A stretch of 64,000 bases of DNA. It comes from an uncultured bacterium (GTDB taxonomy: Bacteria > Zhuqueibacterota > QNDG01 > CAYUAG01). Each line of letters opens with the position of its first letter. Position 1 is the stretch's first letter. Below the pieces are notes generated by a model. That model was not told the origin of the DNA, made no database searches, and worked only from the letters and a program-made list of their open reading frames with translations. The stretch covers positions 4,768 through 68,767 of the forward strand of contig CAZETW010000003.1 in assembly GCA_964515295.1 (NCBI GenBank), written 5' to 3'. The position numbers were made by a program, and so were the translations under genes. Positions 1-8,253 of the stretch are shown here, one piece after another.

Positions 1-547
1 CGGCTTCCCCTTTCGGATTCTGACGGGGACCGTATACATTGGAATAACGGAGAATAATATATTTGAGTCCGAATTGGATCGAATAGTAGTATAGGTATTT
101 TTCCATAGTCAGTTTGGTTATACCATAGGGAGATACAGGTCTTAAGGGGTGTGACTCATCACAGGGGAACTGTTCCTGTTCACCATAGATTGCACCACCA
201 GTAGAAGCAAAAACAAATTTATTCACATGATATTTTACACAGTTTTCAAGCAGATTCAGACTTCCTTTTACATTTACTTCTGCGTCAAAAAGTGGATCTT
301 CAACTGATTTGCGCACATCCATCTGAGCTGCCTGATGACAAACAGCATCAAATTCTTCCTGCTGAAAAACTTTTTTCACCTCTTTTGCACCTATATCCAG
401 AAGGTAGAATTTTGCCTTTGGATTGATATTTTCCATACGTCCCATGGACAGATTATCCAGAATAACTACTTCATGTCCTTGTTCAATAAAACTATCAGCA
501 ATATGGGAGCCAATAAATCCGGCACCGCCTGTAACCAGTATTTTCAA
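1..547 (-). CDS. NAD-dependent sugar epimerase, UDP-glucose 4-epimerase-like (5' part only; 3' end lies beyond window start)
   Basis: Reverse-strand translation from TTG at 545-547 (RBS GGAGA 6 nt upstream) gives LKILVTGGAGFIGSHIADSFIEQGHEVVILDNL...STGGAIYG...SPYGITKLTME, i.e. Rossmann GxxGxxG plus YxxxK of extended SDR epimerases; ORF open to position 1. Confidence 0.8.
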   Translation of the reverse strand, partial: MKILVTGGAGFIGSHIADSFIEQGHEVVILDNLSMGRMENINPKAKFYLLDIGAKEVKKVFQQEEFDAVCHQAAQMDVRKSVEDPLFDAEVNVKGSLNLLENCVKYHVNKFVFASTGGAIYGEQEQFPCDESHPLRPVSPYGITKLTMEKYLYYYSIQFGLKYIILRYSNVYGPRQNPKGEA

Positions 548-558
548 CGTGTATCTCC

Positions 559-1464
559 TTATTTTTCTTTTATTACTGTATTTTTCAGAACACCAATTTT
601 TGAAAGTGTGATTTCAATGTTATCCCCGTCTTTGATCTCAGATACCCCTTCAGGAGTTCCGGTTGCGATAATATCACCAGGCTGGAGGGTCATGTATTTT
701 GAAATATAGGCAATTATTTCAGGGATCCTGAATATCATATCAGCTGTGTTTGCATTTTGTCTTATTTTGTTATTCAGTTTTAATTTAATGTTAAGATTGT
801 GAGGATCATCAATTTCATCGGCAGGTACTACAAATGGTCCCAGGGGGGAGAAGGTGTCTAAACTTTTAGAGCGGAACCAGGGATTGCTGTTTTTAAGATC
901 TTTTTTCTGCATGTCTCTGGCAGTAACATCATTGATGATGGTATATCCGGCCAGGTAGTTCAAGGCTTCGTCTTCTGAAATATTTTTACCTATTTTGCCT
1001 ATAATTACGGCCAGTTCAGCTTCGTGATCTATTCTGCCTTCCAGCCAGGAAGGAATGATAATTTCTTCATTATGGGCTATGAGAGTCGAAGTTGCTTTGG
1101 AAAAAAGTATAGGTTCATCCGGTACTGTATGTTTTAGTTCTTTTACATGTGCCCGGTAGTTCCTGCCCAGACATATAATTTTTGAAGGGCGGGGCACAGG
1201 AATGCTGTACTTAAATTCTGATGTAATCACTAATTCTTTTATTTTCGATTGAACCCAGGGATTATTAAATATTTGATTGATTATTGATCCTGAACAGTAC
1301 CCCAATTCAATCAGCATTTGTAAGAATTGAATAGAGAATTTTTTACTGACACCTTTAGACTTCTGATAGATATTTAGGGCTTCGGTCAGATTATAATTTT
1401 CCTCTTCTATTTCAGCTCCGATGTAAAATTTTTTTTCATCAAGTGTATAAGAAAAAAATTTCAA
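559..1464 (-). CDS. fumarylacetoacetate hydrolase (FAH) family protein (2-keto-4-pentenoate hydratase/HpcE-like)
   Basis: 301-aa ORF; C-terminal FAH-fold motifs (GRNYRAHVKELKH, HEAELAVIIG, GDIIATGTPEGV). Confidence 0.8.
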   Translation of the reverse strand: MKFFSYTLDEKKFYIGAEIEEENYNLTEALNIYQKSKGVSKKFSIQFLQMLIELGYCSGSIINQIFNNPWVQSKIKELVITSEFKYSIPVPRPSKIICLGRNYRAHVKELKHTVPDEPILFSKATSTLIAHNEEIIIPSWLEGRIDHEAELAVIIGKIGKNISEDEALNYLAGYTIINDVTARDMQKKDLKNSNPWFRSKSLDTFSPLGPFVVPADEIDDPHNLNIKLKLNNKIRQNANTADMIFRIPEIIAYISKYMTLQPGDIIATGTPEGVSEIKDGDNIEITLSKIGVLKNTVIKEK

Positions 1465-1807
1465 GGGTTATCTCCTTTTTTGAAAATGGTTAATAGTTAT
1501 ATAAATAATAATTATTTATAATGATTTAATCAAGAGAAAAATCATTAAATTCCAATTCTGAAAAAATGTTTGCAAATAAGAATTTTTATGATTAAATTTA
1601 GAGCTGTATGAATTATAGAATATTCAGGTGTGGTTTAACGGGCGGGGATTTGGGGATCCATGAATGTTTAAAAAATGAAACAGCAGGATAATTTAAATAT
1701 AAATAGATATTTATGATGAAGAGAATTAGTAACAGTGATGCTGTTTATTTGTATGTTTTTTTGAGCATTACCTGTTAATAATCCTTTATTAAATTAAGAG
1801 AGTCTAT
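1465..1807. promoter_or_regulatory. AT-rich divergent intergenic region between FAH-family gene (-) and purH (+); presumed divergent promoters
   Basis: 343 bp non-coding, very AT-rich, flanked by divergently oriented start codons; contains one short GC-rich island (about 1636-1665). Confidence 0.3.
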
Positions 1808-3484
1808 ATGATTAAAAGAGCATTAATCAGTGTTTCTGATAAGACAAACATAGTTTCTTTTGCAAAAGAACTGTCAGGCTTACATATAGACATTATTTCA
1901 ACCGGGGGAACCAGGAAATATCTTTCAGAAAATGGAATAAAAACCATATCAATAGAGGAAGTAACCGGATTTCCTCAAATGATGGACGGGAGGGTGAAAA
2001 CACTTCATCCGAAAATTCACGGAGCATTATTGGGAGTGAGGGATAATAAGGAACATTCATCCCAGGCAGAAAAGCATGGAATAGAGTGGATCGATCTTGT
2101 AGTGGTTAACCTTTATCCATTTGAATCTGTTATTCAGAAAGAAGATATTGATATCGATGATGTTATTGAAAATATTGATATTGGTGGCCCCACAATACTG
2201 CGAAGTTCTGCTAAAAATTATAAATATGTTACCGTTGTCACTGATGTCTCTGATTATAATTCCATACTAAAGGAAATTAAAGATACCGGGGAAGTATCCC
2301 TTGATACAAGAAAAAAACTTGCCGTAAAAGTCTTTCGCAGAACAGCTGACTATGATGCAGGTATTGATAGGTATTTATCTGAGAAATTTTTCAGTGAAAA
2401 AACTCTGCATATGAATTATTATAATGGATTAAGTCTACGGTACGGTGAAAACAACCATCAGAATGCAGTTTTTTTCCAGGATCCGAACAGTAAGGAACCT
2501 TCTGCAGCAGGGGCGGAAATAATCCATGGTAAGAAAATGTCCTATAACAATTATGTTGATTGTGATGCGGCCCTGGAAGCTGTAAAGGAGTTGAGGGAAT
2601 CTACCGGTGTTGCTGTCATAAAGCACACAAATCCATGTGGTTATGCGACTGGAGAAAATCCACGGGAAGCTTTAGAGCGTGCCTGGTTTGGGGATCCTGT
2701 TTCAGCTTTTGGCTCAGTTATTGCTTGTAATAAGAAGGTGGATTTAGAATTTGCTGAATTTTTAAAGGGGAAAAATGTTGAGCATACAGGCTATGTTATC
2801 GAAGGTGAAAAGTTGGTTTCTCAGAAAGTGCCCAAAAAATTTATAGAGGTAATACTCGCTCCTGATTTTAATGAAGACGCATATTCATTATTATCCAAGG
2901 CCAAATCACTTCGACTGCTTAAAACCGGAGAATTGAACACAGAAAACACAGAGAAAGAAACATACCGTAAAATTACTGCTGGATTATTAGCGATGGACAG
3001 AGATTTATCTTTAATGGAAAATTTTGATGTTGTCACTGAAGCACAGTTCAATGAAGAGAAAAAAAAGCTTGCCGAATTTACTTACAAAGCATGTAAGCAT
3101 ACAAAGTCAAATGCTATTGTCCTGGGCAGAGAGTATAAATTAGGATACTATCAGGTTATTGGAATGGGCGCAGGTCAGCCGAACAGAGTGGATTCTTTAC
3201 GCAAATTGGCAATTACTAAAGCAAAGGAAAATCTGCAGATAGAGTACGATTTATTAAAACCTGATCAGAATTTCAATGATTATTTGGAGGAACAATTTAA
3301 TCACATGGTGCTTGCTTCGGATGCTTTTTTTCCCTTTGATGATACAGTCAGAGTAGCAGATGAATTTGGCATTAAATTTATTATTCAGCCTGGCGGGTCA
3401 AAAAGAGATAGTGATTCCATTAAGGTCTGTAACGAAAAAGGCATCAGCATGGCTTTTACCGGAATGAGGCATTTTCGACATTAA
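1808..3484 (+). CDS. purH: bifunctional AICAR transformylase / IMP cyclohydrolase
   Basis: 558 aa; N-terminal MGS-like cyclohydrolase domain (ISVSDKT...STGGTRKYL...GRVKTLHPKIHGALL) and C-terminal AICARFT domain. Confidence 0.95.
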   Translation: MIKRALISVSDKTNIVSFAKELSGLHIDIISTGGTRKYLSENGIKTISIEEVTGFPQMMDGRVKTLHPKIHGALLGVRDNKEHSSQAEKHGIEWIDLVVVNLYPFESVIQKEDIDIDDVIENIDIGGPTILRSSAKNYKYVTVVTDVSDYNSILKEIKDTGEVSLDTRKKLAVKVFRRTADYDAGIDRYLSEKFFSEKTLHMNYYNGLSLRYGENNHQNAVFFQDPNSKEPSAAGAEIIHGKKMSYNNYVDCDAALEAVKELRESTGVAVIKHTNPCGYATGENPREALERAWFGDPVSAFGSVIACNKKVDLEFAEFLKGKNVEHTGYVIEGEKLVSQKVPKKFIEVILAPDFNEDAYSLLSKAKSLRLLKTGELNTENTEKETYRKITAGLLAMDRDLSLMENFDVVTEAQFNEEKKKLAEFTYKACKHTKSNAIVLGREYKLGYYQVIGMGAGQPNRVDSLRKLAITKAKENLQIEYDLLKPDQNFNDYLEEQFNHMVLASDAFFPFDDTVRVADEFGIKFIIQPGGSKRDSDSIKVCNEKGISMAFTGMRHFRH

Positions 3485-3557
3485 GATGTTGAATATCTTA
3501 GATGTATCGTAATATATTTTTTACTAGTGATAATATTACTAATTCAGGGAGAAAAAA

Positions 3558-4373
3558 ATGCATCCGATTCTTTTTAATATTGGCAGACTGGAAATTCGTG
3601 CTTACGGTGCCATGCTGGCACTGTCTTTTTTAATTGGAATATTTTGGGCTTCTAAACGGGCTAAAAATAGAGGATTAAATCCGAATCAGGTAGTTGATTT
3701 ATCATTGCTTATACTTTTAAGCGCAATTATCGGGTCCCGGATTCTTTATGTTATAACTCATCTGGGTGAGTTCAGAGGACACTGGACTGATACTTTTAAT
3801 CCTTTTCAGAGTACGGGTCAGTTTGGTATAGCAGGATTAACTTTACTGGGAGGGGTTTTCTTATCAATAATTGTAATTATAATTTATTGTCGGTGGAAGA
3901 ACATACCTCTTTTAAAATTATTTGATGTCCTTGCTCCGGTATTTGGATTGGGAGTGTTCTTGACCCGTATCGGATGTTTTTTTAATGGATGCTGCTATGG
4001 AATACCTTCTGATCTTCCCTGGGCAGTAAAATTTCCTTTTATAGGTGCCGCAGGGTATCATTTTTACGATACAGCTATTCATCCAACTCAATTATATTCT
4101 TCTTTGTACGGATTAATCCTAATGGTAGTACTTGTTATTGTCGATAAGAAAAAACATGTAGATGGATTTTTAACTTCATTGGCTTTTATAATGTATGGAA
4201 TTTTCAGGTTTTTAGTTGATTTTGTCAGATATTACGAGGAAACTGATATGGTTTCGTTGGGTTTTACTGAAATCACTATTAATCAGCTGATTAGTAGTGG
4301 TATGATTCTGTTCGGGATTATTTTATTGATTGTATTACAGAAGAAAAACAGCAGGAGATTTAGAAAAGCTTGA
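3558..4373 (+). CDS. lgt: prolipoprotein diacylglyceryl transferase
   Basis: 271 aa polytopic membrane protein; N-terminus MHPILFNIGRLEIRAYGAMLALSFLIG and overall Lgt signature; RBS GGGAGA upstream. Confidence 0.9.
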   Translation: MHPILFNIGRLEIRAYGAMLALSFLIGIFWASKRAKNRGLNPNQVVDLSLLILLSAIIGSRILYVITHLGEFRGHWTDTFNPFQSTGQFGIAGLTLLGGVFLSIIVIIIYCRWKNIPLLKLFDVLAPVFGLGVFLTRIGCFFNGCCYGIPSDLPWAVKFPFIGAAGYHFYDTAIHPTQLYSSLYGLILMVVLVIVDKKKHVDGFLTSLAFIMYGIFRFLVDFVRYYEETDMVSLGFTEITINQLISSGMILFGIILLIVLQKKNSRRFRKA

Positions 4374-4429
4374 TTTTTAGAATAAATTATTATAAATTAT
4401 TAAGAATAAAAAATTTTTAGGAGGCGGTT

Positions 4430-5176
4430 ATGGGAAAAAAATGTTTGACTATAGTCATAACAGCCATAATAATCATAGGTTTGATTTTGATTAATGGATG
4501 TGGGGGGTCAGGGAGTACTATGAGAAGAGAAACTCACGCCACCGGTGATGCAGAAGATATTGATGCATTATTAGGGTTGTCTGATAGTAAGGATGAATCT
4601 GGTAAGGAAGATAAGGACATTACCGAAGATGATGTGCTTAAATTATTAGGAGTAGTTGATGAAGGCGGAGACAGATCGGACACTCAGAAAATAACACAGT
4701 CTGAAGAAAAAAAAACAGACTATAACAGATATGATTACAAGGATGATTCCAGAACTACTGCTTCTGATAAGCCGGAACGAACTGTCAGAGCAGAAATGGA
4801 TACAAGAAGTTATGTTCAGAAGTATAATGAAGCATTTCAACTTTATGAAGATCGTAAACATCTTGAAGCAATCGAAAAATTTAATAAATTAATATTAGAG
4901 GAAAGTAATCACAAATTAGCAGATAATTGTCAATACTGGATCGGTGAATGCTATTATGATATGGGTAATTTTGAACAAGCAATTGTCAGTTTTGAAAAAG
5001 TATTTTCATTTACTAATTCCAATAAAGATGCTGATGCACAATTAAAAATCGGGATTTGTTACCATAGATTAAACAGAAAAGAAAAAGCTAAAGAAGAATT
5101 TCAAAGATTGATTACCTACTATCCGGATAGTGAATATGTGAGTATTGCCAGAAGTTATTTAAATAAATATAATTAA
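4430..5176 (+). CDS. TPR-repeat lipoprotein with acidic low-complexity linker
   Basis: Signal peptide with lipobox LINGC; D/E/K-rich disordered segment; C-terminal TPR repeats (AFQLYEDRKHLEAIEKFNKL..., GNFEQAIVSFEKV...); RBS AGGAGG. Confidence 0.7.
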   Translation: MGKKCLTIVITAIIIIGLILINGCGGSGSTMRRETHATGDAEDIDALLGLSDSKDESGKEDKDITEDDVLKLLGVVDEGGDRSDTQKITQSEEKKTDYNRYDYKDDSRTTASDKPERTVRAEMDTRSYVQKYNEAFQLYEDRKHLEAIEKFNKLILEESNHKLADNCQYWIGECYYDMGNFEQAIVSFEKVFSFTNSNKDADAQLKIGICYHRLNRKEKAKEEFQRLITYYPDSEYVSIARSYLNKYN

Positions 5177-6648
5177 TGAAAAAAAAATTGAAAATTTTAA
5201 TTGTTTCATCTGAAATAGCCCCATTTTCTAAGACTAATAACCTTGCTGAAGTTAATGGTTCATATTCCAAAAATTTAAAAGACATTGGTCATGATGTCCG
5301 TATTATAACACCTCAATACCGAGTTGTTAATGAGAGGAAATATACTTTACGGGATGTAATCAGACTGAAAGATATTGATGTTTCAGTTGGCAGTGATGTT
5401 TTACAGATAAATGTTAAGTCATCTTTTCTTCCTGATTCTAAAGTCCAGGTATATTTTATTGATTATAAACCTTATTTTTTCAGAGAAGGTTTATATAGGG
5501 ATCCTGATAAAAATGAGGCATATTCAGATAATGATAAGCGTTTTATTTTATTTTCTAAGTCTGTCATGGAGACGTTAAAAAAATTACAGTGGCAGCCTGA
5601 TGTAATTCACTGTAATGATTGGCAGACAGGTCTGATCCCTTTTCTTATTGAATACATGTATAAAAAGAGTACTTTTTTTCAGCAAGTAAGTACTCTTTTA
5701 ACTATAAGAGATTTTACAAATCAGGGAAGATTTAATTCAAAATGTTTTTCATTGTCTGGTATTAAAGAGGTCACTGAACTAAAAGATAAATTTCTTACTA
5801 ATGGGACTTTTAATTTTTTAAAAGCAGGTATGTCTACAGCTGATTGTGTTAATTTTACCAGCAGTAAATATGTTAAACAGTTAGAAACAAATGCAAAGTA
5901 TAAAGAATTTTTTGAATTCAGAAAAGACAAAATAAATCATATCAAGGATCAGATAGATTATACGGTATGGAGTCCAGTAAAAGATCCTTATATCCCGGAA
6001 AACTATGATGCTGAAGAATTGGAAAATAAAGAAAAAAATAAAAAAAATCTTTTAGAAGTGTTTAATTTAAAATATGATAATGAAAAACCGGTCTTTTCTG
6101 TTATCAGCTCTTTTATTGATGAATTTGGCGTTAAACTGATTAAGGAAAGTATCGAGGCTCTCCTTAAAATGGATATATATGTAATCATCATTACTTCCAA
6201 AGACGATAAATACTATGATTTTTTCAAAAAAATGGAGAAAAAACATAAAAATCGTATGGGATTACAGGAATATTATGAAGTTTCATTAGAACATATGGCT
6301 GTGGCCGGATCTGATATTATATTATTACCTATAAAATATGATTCCACTGGTTTATCTCCTGTTTATAGTCTCATGTACGGGACCGTTCCTGTTGTATATA
6401 ATTCAGGGGAAAGCATAGAACATATTACACAGTATGATAGTAAGAAAAAAATTGGGAATGGATTTGTATTTGGTGATTTTAATAAAGAATCATTAGTTGC
6501 CTGTGTAAAAAATGTTTTGGATTCATATAAAAAAACAGAAGTCTGGAAAAATATTATAAACAACGCAATAACCGGAGATTATATAAAGCAGGATACAATT
6601 AGAAAATATGAGAAATTATATTATAAATGTATAAAAAAAATACATTAA
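5176..6648 (+). CDS. glycogen/starch-synthase-like glycosyltransferase (GT5-like, divergent active-site motifs)
   Basis: 490 aa; N-terminus aligns to GlgA (APFSKTNNLAEV vs APFVKTGGLADV); C-terminal GT-B region STGLSPVYSLMYGTVPVV resembles GlgA PCGLTQLYALRYGTLPIV. Confidence 0.65.
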   Translation: MKKKLKILIVSSEIAPFSKTNNLAEVNGSYSKNLKDIGHDVRIITPQYRVVNERKYTLRDVIRLKDIDVSVGSDVLQINVKSSFLPDSKVQVYFIDYKPYFFREGLYRDPDKNEAYSDNDKRFILFSKSVMETLKKLQWQPDVIHCNDWQTGLIPFLIEYMYKKSTFFQQVSTLLTIRDFTNQGRFNSKCFSLSGIKEVTELKDKFLTNGTFNFLKAGMSTADCVNFTSSKYVKQLETNAKYKEFFEFRKDKINHIKDQIDYTVWSPVKDPYIPENYDAEELENKEKNKKNLLEVFNLKYDNEKPVFSVISSFIDEFGVKLIKESIEALLKMDIYVIIITSKDDKYYDFFKKMEKKHKNRMGLQEYYEVSLEHMAVAGSDIILLPIKYDSTGLSPVYSLMYGTVPVVYNSGESIEHITQYDSKKKIGNGFVFGDFNKESLVACVKNVLDSYKKTEVWKNIINNAITGDYIKQDTIRKYEKLYYKCIKKIH

Positions 6649-6674
6649 TTAATTTTGTAAATTCAGGGTAGTAA

Positions 6675-7379
6675 ATGCACGGTATAGATATTTCAGTAAA
6701 TACTATTGGTACAAGACTTGATGTTACTCTTCTTTCTATTACTGGTTATATTGATACTTCCAGTTGTCAGGAGTTGGAAAATATAATTAATGATTTATTA
6801 AATAAGAATCAAATTCAGATTATAGCTGATCTTGGTGGGGTAACCTATGTAAGCAGTGCAGGGTGGGGAGCATTTATGAGTAAACTGAAGAATATTCGTG
6901 ATCAGGGCGGTGATATCAAGATCGTACAAATGAGTCAGGAAGTTTTTGAAATTTTTGAAATGCTGGAATTTGATAAAATTTTAAGAAATTATGATTCTAT
7001 TGAAGAAGCATTAAATGATTTTGAAATAATCAGGGGAATAGATATTACAAGTGCTGGAGCAGTAACAGGTAATACAAAAGAAGTAAACCCTTTAATCGAT
7101 TATGATCCCAGAGTAGAGAACCTTTTTGAAGGTGAGGGTATACAGATTGATTCTTTAGCTTCAGAATATAAGCATCAGAATTTACAATTGCCTGTTAATG
7201 AAAAAATTAAAACGATAATTTTAGAAAATCCAATGTACAGCATAAGCAAGATATGTAAAAGAATGAATTCCGAAGAATACGGGAAAATAAAAATTGGTTG
7301 GTTTCAGATGCGTTCACTTTTAAAGAATATGAGTCTTGAAACAAAAGAAAAAAGGTATAGATTTTATAGATCAAGATAA
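6675..7379 (+). CDS. STAS-domain protein (anti-sigma-factor-antagonist-like) with ~120-aa C-terminal extension
   Basis: N-terminal ~110 aa match SpoIIAA/STAS (DLGGVTYVSSAGWGAF with serine in phospho-acceptor position); C-terminal basic region of unknown function. Confidence 0.7.
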   Translation: MHGIDISVNTIGTRLDVTLLSITGYIDTSSCQELENIINDLLNKNQIQIIADLGGVTYVSSAGWGAFMSKLKNIRDQGGDIKIVQMSQEVFEIFEMLEFDKILRNYDSIEEALNDFEIIRGIDITSAGAVTGNTKEVNPLIDYDPRVENLFEGEGIQIDSLASEYKHQNLQLPVNEKIKTIILENPMYSISKICKRMNSEEYGKIKIGWFQMRSLLKNMSLETKEKRYRFYRSR

Positions 7380-7488
7380 TTATGGAGACATGAGATTATA
7401 TTTATGCTTTTTAGCTAAATTGTATCTTTTCCCTTTAAATTTATAGTATATTAAGAGTTGTTGAGTTAAACAGCCCTTTTTTTTTGTT

Positions 7489-7517
7489 TATGGTATGTTA
7501 TTTGCTTGAATACCATA
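7489..7517. promoter_or_regulatory. 8-bp inverted repeat (TATGGTAT / ATACCATA, 13-nt spacer) preceded by T9 tract, upstream of wza-like gene
   Basis: Read directly: 7489-7496 tatggtat, 7510-7517 ataccata; T-run 7477-7485; lies in the 170-bp leader of the polysaccharide locus. Confidence 0.25.
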
Positions 7518-7548
7518 CTTAAGAGGAAAATAAAAGGAGAATGGTGGG

Positions 7549-8229
7549 ATGAAATCAAAAGAAAAGTGCTATTTTATTGATAATACTAAGGTTGCATTAG
7601 TAGTATTTCTTTTTATAATCTTATTTATTAATAGTTCATATGGTCAATCTATGCGTTCATTGACAATATTTCGTCCAGGTGATGCCATTAATGTGGTCGT
7701 ATGGGAGTATTTATATGAAGAAAGAAGAAATTTAGATTTCAGTGGAGTATATCCTATAAACCCTGAAGGATATGTGGCTTTGCCTTTAGTCGGTGAGGTT
7801 AGAATTAAGGCATTAACCCTGGATGAAGTTACCAAATTGATTACAGCGAAATACTCTGACTATTTAAGAAACCCTTATGTTTATGTACGTCCCTTGATCA
7901 GAGTAACCATGCAGGGAGCATTTGTAAAACCCGGAGTATATAGGATTGATCCATCAAGCTCATTATGGGATCTTGTTGCACTGGCCGGAGGGCCAGATGC
8001 CGGTGCGGATTTAGAAAGATTGCAAGTTAAAAGAGGGGGAGATGTAATAATTAAAGGGTTGCTAAATGCTTATGAAAAGGGATATTCTCTGGAGGAAATT
8101 GGTGTAGAATCAGGAGATCAGGTTATACTTCCAGGAAGAGAGCAAATAACGTTTCGTTTTATTATTTCGATAATACATCTTTGTGGAACATTAGTATTGC
8201 TTTATTTAAGAATACAAAGAGGATATTAA
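7549..8229 (+). CDS. wza: polysaccharide export protein (Poly_export + SLBB domain, Wza-like)
   Basis: 226 aa; signal sequence; PGDAINVVVWEY...YPINPEGYVALPLVGEVRIKALTLDEV...NPYVYV and SLBB segment GAFVKPGVYRIDPSSSLWDLVALAGG; C-terminal hydrophobic segment. Confidence 0.8.
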   Translation: MKSKEKCYFIDNTKVALVVFLFIILFINSSYGQSMRSLTIFRPGDAINVVVWEYLYEERRNLDFSGVYPINPEGYVALPLVGEVRIKALTLDEVTKLITAKYSDYLRNPYVYVRPLIRVTMQGAFVKPGVYRIDPSSSLWDLVALAGGPDAGADLERLQVKRGGDVIIKGLLNAYEKGYSLEEIGVESGDQVILPGREQITFRFIISIIHLCGTLVLLYLRIQRGY

Positions 8230-8253
8230 CAATAATCTAAAAATGGTGTAGAA

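Noticed and set aside
335-709. Plus-strand ORFs 335-709 and 423-611 overlapping the 5' epimerase/FAH region
   Set aside because: They lie antisense to a well-supported epimerase gene (clear GxxGxxG/YxxxK on the - strand) and have no recognisable motifs; typical shadow ORFs.
1600-1700. GC-rich island (ggtgtggtttaacgggcggggatttggggatcc) upstream of purH; considered a ZTP (pfl) riboswitch because purH is a frequent ZTP-regulated gene
   Set aside because: The conserved ZTP elements (GGGUCGUGAC...CCGCCUGGG pseudoknot partner) are not present; only a 28-codon ORF of no significance overlaps it.
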